From Squalus acanthias (Eukaryota): 64,000 nt of DNA. The position numbers were made by a program, and so were the translations under genes. The stretch lies in NCBI GenBank assembly GCA_030390025.1, contig CM059428.1, forward strand, positions 43,400,001 to 43,464,000. Reading direction: 5' to 3'. Each line of letters starts with the position of its first letter. Within the stretch, counting starts at the first letter, position 1. The notes under the pieces are model-generated. The model ran no database searches and was not told the origin of the DNA. It worked only from the letters and a program-made list of their open reading frames with translations. Of this stretch, positions 1 to 10,608 are shown piece by piece.

Positions 1-1520
1 GATTAGACTACATCACTCTCAAAATTAATGTAAAATTCAATCATATTATGGTCACTTGTCCCGAAAGGCCCCTTTACCACAAGATTATTGATTAGCCCTT
101 TCTCATTACACAGTACCAGATCCAGAATAGCCTGTTCCCTGGTTGGTTCCTCTACATACTGATCCAGGAAACCATCTCGCATGTATTCCAAGAATTCGTC
201 CCCCACACCATTAGTGGTAATTTGATTTGCCCAGTCCATATGTAGATTAAAGTCCCCCATGATTACCGTATTGCCCTTGTTACATGCACTTCTAATTTCT
301 GGATCGATACTGTGCCCTACATTACCACTACTGTTTGGTGGCCTATACACAACTCCCACCAATGTTTTCCGCCCTTTGCTGTTTCTTAGCTCCACCCAAA
401 CTGAATCCAGTTCTACATCACGATCTGCCGAGCCAAGATCTTTTATCTCTACCGTACCGATCTCATCCCTTATTAACAGCGCTATGCCACCTCCTTTTCC
501 TTTTTGTCTGTCCTTCCTAAATGTTGAGTACCCTGGAACATTCAGTTCCCAGCTTTGGTTACCCTGCAGCCATGTCTCTGTAATGGCAATGACATCATAT
601 CCATTTACTTCTATTAGTGTCATTAATTTCATCCACCTTGTTGCGAATGCTACGTGCATTTAGATAAAGTGCCTTCAACTTTGCCTGTTTAATATTTTTC
701 TGCACTTTGACCCTCTTTACTATTGGCCTTTGTTTCTGCTCCCTACTAGTTTTGCTGACTACTTTTCTAACTTGCACTTCCAGCTTTGTTTCTCTCCATT
801 CTGGGCCCACACTTAGGTTCCCAGCCCCCTGACAAACTAGTTTAAATCATTCCCAACAGCACTAGCAAACCCCCCTGCGAGGATATTGGTCCCGGTTCTG
901 CCGAGGTGTAACCCGTCCAGCTTGTACAAGTCCCGCCTTCCCCAGAATCAGTCCCAATGCCTCAGGAATTTAAATCACTCCCTCCCACACCATCTCTCCA
1001 GCATGCATTCATCTGGTCTATTCTCCTATTTCTGCTCTCGCTAGCACGTGGCCCTGGGAGTAATCCTGAGATTACTACCTTTGAGGTCCTGCTTTTTAAT
1101 TTATTTCCTAGCTCCCTATATTCTGCTTGCAGGACCTCATCCCTCTTTCTACCTATGTCGTTGGTACCGATATGGACCATGACCTCTGGCTGTTCACCAT
1201 CCCCCTTCAGAATGTCCTGCAGGCGCTCAGTGACATCCTTGACCCTGGCACCAGGGAGACAACATACCATCCTGGAGTCACATCTGCGGCCACAGAAACG
1301 TCTATCTGTTCCCCTTACAATAGAATCCCCTATCACTATTGCTCTCCCACTCTTTTCCTCCCCTCCTGTGCAGCTGAGCCACTCGTAGTGCCACCGACTT
1401 GGCTCTTCTGCATTCCCCTGAGAAACCATCTCCCCCAGCAGTATCCAAAACGGAAAATCTGTTGGAGAGGGAGATGGACCCAGGGGACTCCTGCACTACT
1501 TTCCTACTTCTTTTACTCAG
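1..1520 (-). mobile_element. CR1 LINE, 5' part (ORF1 SGNH esterase and ORF2 APE endonuclease), degenerate
   Basis: ORF 3..659 has APE motifs (ITETWL, VVYRPP, GDFN, SDHN). ORF 962..1429 has GDSIVRG...HIGTNDIG, the CR1 ORF1 esterase. Confidence 0.93.
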
Positions 1521-1557
1521 TCTGGCAAGGACAGCATTTATTGCCCATCCCTAACTG

Positions 1558-2175
1558 CCATCTTCAGCTGCTTCATCAATGACCTTCCCTCCAACATAAG
1601 GTCAGAAGTGGGGATGTTCGCTGATGACTGCACAGTGTACAGTGCCATTCACAACTCCTCAGATAATGAAGCAATTCATGCCTGCATGCAACATGACCTA
1701 GACGACGTTCAGGCTTTGGCTGATAAGTGGCAGGTAACATTCGCACCACGGAAGTGCCAGGCAATGACTATCTCCAAGAAGCGAGAATCTAACCACCGCC
1801 CCTTGACATTCAATGGCATTACCATCGCTGAATCCCCCACCATCAACATCCTGGGGGTCACCATTGACCAGAAACTTAACTGGTCCAGCCACATAAATAC
1901 TGTGACAACAAGAGCAGGTCAGAGGCTAGGTATTCTGCGGCATGTGTCTCACCTCCTGACTCCCCAAAGCCTTTCTACCATCTACAAGGAGTGTGATGGA
2001 ATACTCTCCACTTGCCTGGATGAGTGCAGCTCCAACAACACTCACGAAGCTCGACACCATCCAGGACAAACAGCCCACTTGATTGGCACCCCATCCACCA
2101 CCTTAAACAGTCACTCCCTCCACCACCGGCGTACCGTGGCTGCAGTGTGTACCATCTACAAGATGCACTGCAAAT
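1558..2175 (+). mobile_element. LINE (CR1/L2-clade) RT C-terminal fragment
   Basis: ORF 1608..2180 contains MFADD, WQVTFAPRKC, LGVTIDQKLNW. Confidence 0.88.
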
Positions 2176-4029
2176 ACTGATTAAAAAATATCATCCTTAA
2201 ATTCCTTTCAGAATAATGGAACCACAAAGCCTCATAATGCTCTTTTAGTCTATATTTAAAATACTCTTTCAGATTTATTCTTCTACCCTTATAAAACCTA
2301 GTATTCCTTCATGGCACGATCGGGCATTTTCAGAGTAGTAGGGTAGGCATCTGCTGATTGGCTTTCCCTTTACCTAAAGGCTTGCAGTCCTGTCGACTAG
2401 CTTATGTTTCCTTTAATATTCCTTTCCCCCCTTCCCCACCTTGCTCTCTTGATCCTCAGGCTTCCCCACACACACAAACTACAAGCCCTACCCTTCATTG
2501 CCTTCCCCTTGCCTCAACCTTAAAAACTCCATTAGCTCCACTCTTCCTTACCTCGCTCACCCACTCACTCACTGCTGTAAAAACGCTGCTCCTTCCTGCC
2601 TCAAAATACACACAATTAGGGAGCAGCTTTAACTCCTCTCCCAAGCCCGGCTGCTTAAAACAGGCTCAAGCCCACAACCCAATTCAAGCCGCCTTTGCCC
2701 AATTCAGACCAGAACAAGATGTGGGCCTTTCTGTAAATTGATAAAAACAGACCGCATGGTCTCAATTTGGCCAGCAGGCCGACCCAGCAGCAGAACGTGC
2801 TGCAAAGGAAAGAGAGTGAGAGAGCGAGAGGGAAAGAGGGAGGGAGCGCGCACAAGCAATCAGCTAAAAAGGTTTCCAAATGAAGGCGGTGTCAGTGCTG
2901 CACCAAAGCATCAGCCGAATTTTTTGTGCTCAAGTCTCTGGAGAGGGACTTGGAACCCACAACCTTCTGACCCAGACACAAGAGTGCTACCCACTGAGCC
3001 ACGGCCAACCCTGTATGTGAGGGGCACTACAGAAATGCAGGTTGTTGTTGTCCAAGTGCCTATTCTTTTTGTGCAGCAAGTGTCGGTAAACTATTCGACT
3101 GCGGGGTAAGCCCAACGCTACCCTTATCGGGCATCTGCACGCACTGCAGGAGGGATCAGGAATGGGAATCTCGGATGTTTCTCTTTTGCTCCGATTGCCC
3201 AGGAAGCTGAGGTCAGTTGTATCCATTCCTGTTGACTGTTTCAGCAAGGACCTCGAAACCATCAACCCTGGGGGCTTCTTTAATTTGCACAGCTCAGCGC
3301 TACAAAAAGTGCTTGGAGACTGAGGCACTGGGGAGGTCCTGTGTCCAGCACATGTTAGATAGTGGAGAGCTGGAAGTAATTACATGGCAGTAAACTCATA
3401 GAGGGGTTCAGTTGATGTCATAAACTCCCAGAGAGAAGCTTGAGTGGTGTATAACTCTGAGATGACATTGCAGCCTTCAAATCGTTCCTATGTACCAGTA
3501 TGTTTTGTGATATTTGAACTGCAGACTTCAAGGGGGTGCTTTTATTTCTTTGAGCGTCCACTTCTTTGCCAACAGATGAAAACACTGATGTACCCTCCAC
3601 GCTGCATTGCTGAGAGTTTCTTCCCTGAAGAATTAACCACTGCAAGTACTGAGTGAGAATCAACAATCGGTATACGTATATATTACATTTCAAAGGCCAG
3701 TGGGTTATACAAAATCCAAGAAAAGCAACAAACACCAAAGGCGGGGTTTACGATGATCGTGATACAAATGTCTTGTGTTGTGCAATCTGCTGCTCCCTGG
3801 CATGCATTCCATTTCTATCTCATGTTTCACCGCTTTCAAATAATTTTGCTTCCTTTTTTTTGCGATTCTCATACAGACTCTACTTCATCTCATTCTTAAG
3901 AATAAAGACAGCCCCACAAGTTTAATTGAGTTTACAAGTGGTCTCACTCTTTTTGATCCTGAGCTTACTAAAAGTCATGTGACATGTTTCTTGTAAATGT
4001 AACACTTACTTCTCCGGACATTTTCCTGT

Positions 4030-4350
4030 CACTTTCGGATGAGACATTAAACCGAGGTCCCGTCTGCTCTCTCAAATGGACGGAAAAGATCCCACGGCAC
4101 TATTTCGAAGAAGAGCAGGGGAGTTATCCCCGGTAATATTTGGCCAATATTTATCCCTCAACCAACATCACTAAAAAACAGATGATCTGGTCATTATCAC
4201 ATTGCTGTTTGTGGGAGCTTGCTGTGTGCAAATTGGCTGCCGCGTTTCCTACATTACAACAGTGACTACATTTCAAAAGTATTTCATTGGCTGTAAAGTG
4301 CTTTGGGACGTCAGGTGGTCGTGAAAGACACTGTAGAAATGTGAGTGTTT
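4030..4350 (+). mobile_element. Deu-domain SINE (SacSINE1-like), 5'-truncated
   Basis: tttcggatgagacattaaaccgagg...aaaagatcccacggcactatttcgaagaagagcagggg core, repeated many times in the window. Confidence 0.75.
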
Positions 4351-5063
4351 TTCTATTTTTTCCATTTCTGCCCTGTCTGTAATGATTTTCTGTCACAGTT
4401 AAACTTGCTTTTTTAAAATCATATTTTTCTCTTTCCCGCTGACAGGCTGGCTGATTCTTGCCATGTGTCTCACTCCCAAAGTCGTCCTCTGAACTGAGTC
4501 ACTCAGGTCCGTTCGGAAGTTGCTCTCTCCCTCCCAGGAAGTTGTATTTTTTTAATTGTTTTTCTGCTGCCTGACTGGCACCTCCTACCACCTCTCCCCC
4601 AACCCCAAAATCCACCTGGTCCCTAATGCTGCTTCCTGGCACCTCCTCCCAACACTAACCGTCAACTCCTCCCTCTCTCTCCGACTCCAACTGCCGTCTC
4701 GCCTGATTGCTTCGTCCTTCACATTTCTCCATCCCAAAGTGTTGCCTCTTCGCCCTCTTCCTACATCGCTGACCAACACTGGCTCCCGGTTAAGCAACGC
4801 TTCAATTTCAAAATTCTCATCCTTGTTTTCAAATTCCTCCAGGGCCTCGCCCCTCCCTATCTCTGTAATCTCCTCTAGCCCCACAATCACTCAAGATATC
4901 TGCGCTCCTCTAATTCTGCTCTCTTGAGCATTCCTGATTATAACTGCTCCACCATTGGTGGCCGTGCCTTCTGTTGCCTAGGTCCTAAGCTCTGGAATTC
5001 CCCCCCAAAACCTCCCTGCCCCTCTACCTCTCTTTCCTCCTTTAAGACGCTTCTTAAAGAGAG

Positions 5064-5535
5064 TGTCAGCTGTGGCTCAGTGGGCAGCACATTCACCTCT
5101 GAGTCAGAAGGTTGTGGGTTTAAGTCCCACTCCAGGGACTTGAGCACATAAATCTAGGCTGATGTTCCAGTGCAGTGCTGAGGGAGTGCTGCACTGTTGG
5201 AGGTGCTGTCTTTTGCGTGAGACGTTAAACTGAAGTCCCGTCGGCTTTCTCCTGTGGATGTAAAAGATCCCATGGCACTATTTTGAAGAAGGTTGCGGAG
5301 TTCTCCCTGATGTCCTGGGCAAATATCTATCCCTCGACCAGCATCACTTTAAAAAAAAACAGATTATCTGTTCATTTTCACATTGCTGTTTGTGGGAGCT
5401 TGCTGTGCGCAAACTGGCGACCGTTTTCCCCACATTGCCACAGTGACTCCACTTCAAAAAGTACTTCATTGGCTGTAAAGTGCTTTGGGACGTCTGGTGG
5501 TTGTGAAAGGCGCTGTCGAAATGCAAGTCTTTCTT
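5064..5535 (+). mobile_element. tRNA-derived Deu-domain SINE (SacSINE1-like), near full length
   Basis: tRNA head (gtggctcagtggg A-box; gggtttaagtccc B-box) followed by the Deu core gctgagggagtgctgcactgttggaggtgc. Confidence 0.8.
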
Positions 5536-5758
5536 TAAAACCTACCTCTTTGATCAAGCTTTTGGTCACCTGCCCTAATTTCTCCTCATGTGGCTCGGTG
5601 TTAAATTTTTTGACTCATAACGCTCCTGTGAATCGCCTTGGGACGTTTTACAACGTTTAAGGCGGTGTATAAATGCAAGTTGTTTTTTTTCTCTTTTTTT
5701 TCTTGAAAAAAATACAAACCGGAGCGTCCCAGCGTCATCAAGAGCGGATTCAGTGGCT

Positions 5759-5834
5759 ATGCAAATTGTTGCTTCCGTGCGATGTCTGGGGCCTTCCCAG
5801 CGGTCAGCCTTTCGCAGGCAAAATCTATAAAAGA
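5759..5834 (+). promoter_or_regulatory. Candidate promoter of B7-like gene A: octamer ATGCAAAT (5759-5766) plus TATAAAAG (5827-5834)
   Basis: Perfect octamer ~60 bp upstream of a perfect TATA box, ~200 bp before the leader ATG. Motif-based call only. Confidence 0.45.
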
Positions 5835-6035
5835 GAGCGGGCTGCGGGCGCCGTCCCATAGAGAGAGCGGAGCCCCGAGGGTTCAGATATCGGTCATCGA
5901 GCTCTGTCCCGGGTGCCGCCGGAACCCTCCTTAAGATGCGGGTCTTTAGCAGCTGTGGAAACCGATAAAGAAACGATTTTCACTGATCGTCGTCTTGTCT
6001 TGTTTCGTTTTGACAGCTGTCGAGGAGAGCAAAGT

Positions 6036-6090
6036 ATGGTGAGAAGTCTGCTCGCTGTTTTGGTGGCTGTTCAATTCAGTTTGGCTCGAG
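6036..6090 (+). CDS. cd276-like: B7/CD276-like gene A, signal-peptide exon (MVRSLLAVLVAVQFSLAR)
   Basis: tttgacAG acceptor (exon from 6017), ATG at 6036, hydrophobic leader, phase-1 donor G|GTAAGT. Homologous exons at 37478 and 60364. Confidence 0.85.
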
Positions 6091-6211
6091 GTAAGTCTTT
6101 AAATGTAACTGTTTCCTTGCACACATTAGAATGAACGATCCACACAGTTTGAGGTGGTCTTTTCACCACTGAGAAATGGCCCAAAGCAATAACAGTACTT
6201 TCACTTGTAAT

Positions 6212-6336
6212 AGCAAAATACTGCGGATGCTGCAAATCTGAAATAATAACAGAAAATGCTGGAAATACTCAGCAGGTCAGGCAGCATCTGTGGAGAGAAA
6301 AACAAGAGTTAACGTTTCAGGTCTGGGACGGAAGGG
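6212..6336 (-). mobile_element. Short Penelope-like terminal fragment with 13-bp TSD
   Basis: TSD tttcacttgtaat at 6199-6211 and 6337-6349. The empty site is seen in gene C at ~60527. Confidence 0.8.
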
Positions 6337-6445
6337 TTTCACTTGTAATGTTGGGTCAGTTTAATGGGCAAGATGGATAATTCCCAAGTAAACATTGTTC
6401 ATGGAGCTGAAAATAATATTTCAAAGAAATAGCCCCTGTCTATTT

Positions 6446-6686
6446 ACATAAGAACAGAAGAAATGGGAGCAGGAATAGGCCACTTGGCCCCTCGAGCCTC
6501 CTTCGCCATTCAATAAGATCATGGCTGATCTTGGGCTCAAAGCCACTTCCCTGCCCGCTCCCCATATCCCTTCACTCCCTTATCGTGTAAAAATCTGTCT
6601 ATCTCCACCTTAAATGTATTTAATGACCCAGCCTCCACGGCTCTCTGGAGCAGAGAATTCCACAGATTTACGACCCTCTGAAGAAA
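6446..6686 (-). mobile_element. CR1 3' tail truncated at the duplication breakpoint
   Basis: Near-identical to 37888-38128; encodes QRVVNLWNSL on the - strand. Confidence 0.88.
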
Positions 6687-7479
6687 CACGGTAGAAAAAG
6701 TTAGGGCTGGTGCATTCATGTGTAAGTGAATTTTTAATGGCATGATAAGTCCACGCTGAAAATTATCTCCAAGTACTGTAAGTTGCTGCTCAAAAGCCTG
6801 CACAAAGCCTGTGGGGCAGCTGTAAGCGTAATGATGGTCGAGCGCTGCTCCTTCACCACTGACTACAAAATCCGGGCCATTATTGCAAGTAACTCTTGCA
6901 ATTTCAATAACTTGTTAGTAACTTTTGCAACCTTCTGCACTTTAAAGGCTGGGTTCATCTGATAGGAGGAAAAAGTACTGCACAAGAACAAATACAAACC
7001 AGAATGCCCTGGTTTACCAGCGCGGTAAACATGTTTGTTTTGCAATGGTTAATGCTGGGAAGTTTGCTTGGTGCTGAGCATGAATTCAAGACCTGTATTA
7101 GTAATATAGCTGATAGTATTTTGCTGTCGAGGTCTGACAAATGTCTCCCATTGATGCTGTGCATTTTCCAAATTGCAAAAGTGAGGCATGATCTTTCTGC
7201 AAGATTACCCTGAAATTCCTGGGACAGGGAGAGGGCAGAAAGCCTGATTTTTCTACCCTTGGCCAGAAATTTGGGGCAGAACCTACACATTGGAATTCTG
7301 CCCTGTTTACACTGGCCAATTAAATTCTGCAAAGGCGGACGGATGTTCCACTCTAACACTTGCTTTGATGGAGTGGATACCGCAGGAATTTCTGGCCCAT
7401 GGGTATTTTTTTAATGTGATGGATTGAAATATATTATTTCTCTATGAAAAGAGTAGTTAATCCATCTGCAATTTTACAG

Positions 7480-7818
7480 ATCAACAACAAGTAAGTGTTT
7501 GGGAAGAAGCCGTACTCGCCATCCATGGTCAAAATACAGTCCTGCCGTGTCACTTCCTCGTTGGTGACTCCTTAGACCAGATCATCATCATCTGGCAACG
7601 TGTCGAGACCAAAGAGGTGATCTTCCGTTCCAACAGCAGCAAAGATCGGCAGAGTCGGCAGTATTCGGGGAGAGCGAGCCTTTTCCCAGAGGAGTTTAAA
7701 TTGGGAAATGCTTCCCTAAAATTAGAAGGAGTCAGACCAAAGGATGCTGGGCAGTACATGTGCTTTATCAGCACTCCAATAGAAAATAGTACAGGAATCA
7801 TGTCTCTAAATTTTGCTG
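7480..7818 (+). CDS. cd276-like: B7/CD276-like gene A, IgV exon
   Basis: AG|...G|GTATGT, 339 nt, phase 1-1. DQQQVSVWEEAVLAIHGQNTVLPCHF...IIIWQRVET...YSGRASLFPEEFKLGNASLKLEGVRPKDAGQYMCFIS...SLNFA, with canonical V-set C, W and DxGxYxC. Confidence 0.93.
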
Positions 7819-8853
7819 GTATGTTTTCATTTGCATCTTGACTTTTTTTTTTCTTCCAGTGTTGTAGATTAAAATGTTGTTTAATGTATGATTTCAGTAT
7901 AAGTCCTTTTCACGCAATTGAAATCAGTTGCTATTTTTGAGTGTTTGTTTTTATTAAATCAATAGTGTAGCGGAGCAACCTTAAACAAGGCGATGCCTTC
8001 GAGCCTGCTCTGCCCTTCAATAAGATCATGGCTGATCTTCTACTTCTACTCCACTTTCCCGCACTATCCCCATATCCTTTGATTTCCTTAGTATCCAAAA
8101 ATCTATTGATCTGTTGAATATACTCAACGACTGAGCATCCACGACTGAGTGTGTGTATATATAGATTTTTAGACAATAGTATTAAAAACACTGGAAACAA
8201 CCTCCAGGTTCCATCCAACAAGCTGACTCATTTAAGTACAGACACGTGGCACTTGTATGCTTACTATGATTGACGTATCATTGTAAGATAAGGCAGAAGC
8301 TAAATCTTGGGTTTTTTAAGTATTGAAAAGCCACTGGACACATGGACCTACTAATTCGATTAGCTGGAGTAGTTGCTATATTCTTACTATATACAGAGCT
8401 GGGAGTATCTGGTTTGATTTTAGCTAGTTTGTTCCCAGGTTACCTGACCTTAACCAGGGCAACACTTCATTTGGCCTCTGCCCATGAACTAGGAAGAGAA
8501 AACTCTGGTAGGGTTCCTGCTTTTGATTGCTAGCCATTGATCCCTGCTGGAAGCTACGTGAAGTAGCTGTCCTGAGAGGACAGGATTGGGCTCTGATGTA
8601 ATGGTCAATTTGCCTGCAAACATTCCATCTAAGATGACATGGGAAGAATGACCACTTGTGTGATGTACTGGAGGACTGCTGGTGTTTGTGGAACCATGCT
8701 CTGGCATGCGTTACTGCCTTTAGGAGAAAATTGTTGCTTTTCAATTTCCTCACCCCCCACCCCCCAAAATGGTAGCAGGAATTAAAACCTTAGATGGTAT
8801 TTGATGAATTTTATTTCCTTTGTCTATTGACTACTTTTTTAAAAATTCCTCAG

Positions 8854-9138
8854 CGTACTACACAGAACCCAGCCTAATAATCAAACGAACACCAGATGGA
8901 ACAGCTTTCGCCTTTGAATCCCAAGGTTTCCCCAAAGCTACTGTTTTCTGGTACAATGAAAAACACCAGGATATTTCTGCCCTGTCTGAGACCTTGTGCC
9001 AACTTCATGAAGATGGACTGTATTCACTGCGGAGTATTCTGCAAACCAATGATACCAGTAGAAGTTCAAACTACACATTTAGATTAAGGAATGATGTTCT
9101 GCAGCAGTCCTTTTCCTGGACATTTAGTCTTCCTTTGG
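8854..9138 (+). CDS. cd276-like: B7/CD276-like gene A, IgC (B7 C-set) exon
   Basis: cctcAG|...G|GTAAGT, 285 nt. AYYTEPSL...AFESQGFPKATVFW...GLYSLRSIL...NYTFRLRNDVLQQ resembles B7-H3 APYSKP...QGYPEAEVFW...YSCLVRNPVLQQ. Confidence 0.92.
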
Positions 9139-10288
9139 GTAAGTTAATTGATTTGGATCCTATGCAGTGAATCTTTTCCCCAAATAGGAGAAGGCCTAGA
9201 TATTAACTATCTGGCAGCTGACATGAGGGGGGTTGTGATCATGGGAAGCAGGGTGGAGAGGTAGTGACAGTGGCCCACATCATTCTTGTGGAGCCGGGAG
9301 AAGTGCTCCTTCACCTGGCCACACAAATAATTTACCTTTTTTGGGCTGCTTCTGTACCACCGAGTTTTACTGAGCAGACACTCTGCCAAGGTGGCAGTTC
9401 AAAATGTTTTTTATTCATTCATGGGATGTGGGCATCGCTGGCATTTATTGGCCATCCCTAATTGCCCTTGATGAGCCACCTTCTTGGCAATTGAGTGGCT
9501 TGCTAGGCCATTTCAGAGGGCAGTTAAGAGTCAACCACATTGCTGTGGGTCTGGAGTATAGGCCAAACCAGGTAAGGACGGCAGATATCCTTCCCTGAAG
9601 GACATTAGTGAACCAGATGGGTTTTTATGACAATCTGGTAGCTTCATTGTCACCAGTACTGATACTAGCTCTTTATTCCAGATTTATTTAATTAACTGAA
9701 TTTAAATTCCCCAGCTGCCGTGAGTGAGATTTGAACTCATGTCTCTGGATCATTAGTCCAGGCCTCTGGATTACTGGTCCAGTAACAACCACAATGCTAC
9801 CTTTCCTGCAGTAAACAGTCGGGTAAATTACTTAAAATGTATAAACAGATTTAAAAAGCCAGTGAGAATGTACTTCACAGGACCCCGATTTGCATAGGCT
9901 AATGAGGCGTGCACCTGATTCAGGTGGTTGCCTGGGGCACCCAGCAGAAGGCCCCAGCAAAATGCCAGTGGATTGAGAATGGGGCAGTGAGCACACCACC
10001 TCCATTTTAACTCTGCTCCAGAGCAGAGGGGGGCTAAATCCTCCCCGAAATGTGTTCCACTGCTAACCTCCCATTTGATGTACAAATTGAGTTCTAGCTT
10101 AGTGTCACAAAGTATATTTGATCCTTTTCAGCCACATCTGTAACTTCTAATTTAGTACCAGCTTATTCAATGTCACATTTTATGCATCATATAATTAGCA
10201 TTTTTGAAGTCAAATTGTTCATTTAAAATGTATTGTCAAAGAAATTCAAACTAGCACTGAAAGCATTGCTGTAACTTTTATTTTACAG

Positions 10289-10443
10289 AAATTCAAACTG
10301 ATTTTACAAGAAAGCGATGGATGCTGCTTGCTCCCCTGATAACAACTGGATTGATGATCATAATTCTAATTCTAGCATTGGTTTACAAGAAAAATGTCTT
10401 GGGTAGAAAGTACGATCCACCAAAACTATACTTCATGACCTGA
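10289..10443 (+). CDS. cd276-like: B7/CD276-like gene A, transmembrane and short cytoplasmic exon
   Basis: ttttacAG acceptor, phase 1: EIQTDFTRKRWMLLAPLITTGLMIIILILALVYKKNVLGRKYDPPKLYFMT*. The joined CDS is 834 nt (277 aa) if the exon reads to TGA 10441-10443; an internal donor is possible. Confidence 0.8.
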
Positions 10444-10444
10444 T

Positions 10445-10608
10445 GGTCCTGAAATCCCGATCAGAGGCTTCCCGCGAACAGAAGCCTCCGACCAGCAAAA
10501 GAGATGCGCACTTGCCTTCAGTCTCTGCGCGCACGGAGAGTTAGTGCTTTCATCCTGAGGACTCCTGGTCACCTCGTACGCACCCGTGGGCCTCGCAAAA
10601 TACGGGCC
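10445..10608. mobile_element. Possible short Harbinger-type MITE
   Basis: GGTCCTGAAAT...AAAATACGGGCC ends with flanking GAT/GAT; the TIR match is weak. Confidence 0.35.

Larger units (their letters stand above)
1..6686. repeat. Segmental duplication, copy 1 (extends beyond the window start); near-identical to 31454-38128
   Basis: Identical ORF series at an offset of ~31.45 kb (e.g. 3..659 vs 31456..32112; 1608..2180 vs 33061..33633). Similarity ends abruptly after ...gaccctctgaagaaa (6686 / 38128). Confidence 0.97.

Noticed and set aside
5064-5140. tRNA gene
   Set aside because: It is the tRNA-derived head of a SINE, continuous with the Deu core.
7480-7818. Rearranging Ig/TCR V segment
   Set aside because: The exon includes the G strand and ends at a splice donor, with no RSS; the motifs are B7-type.
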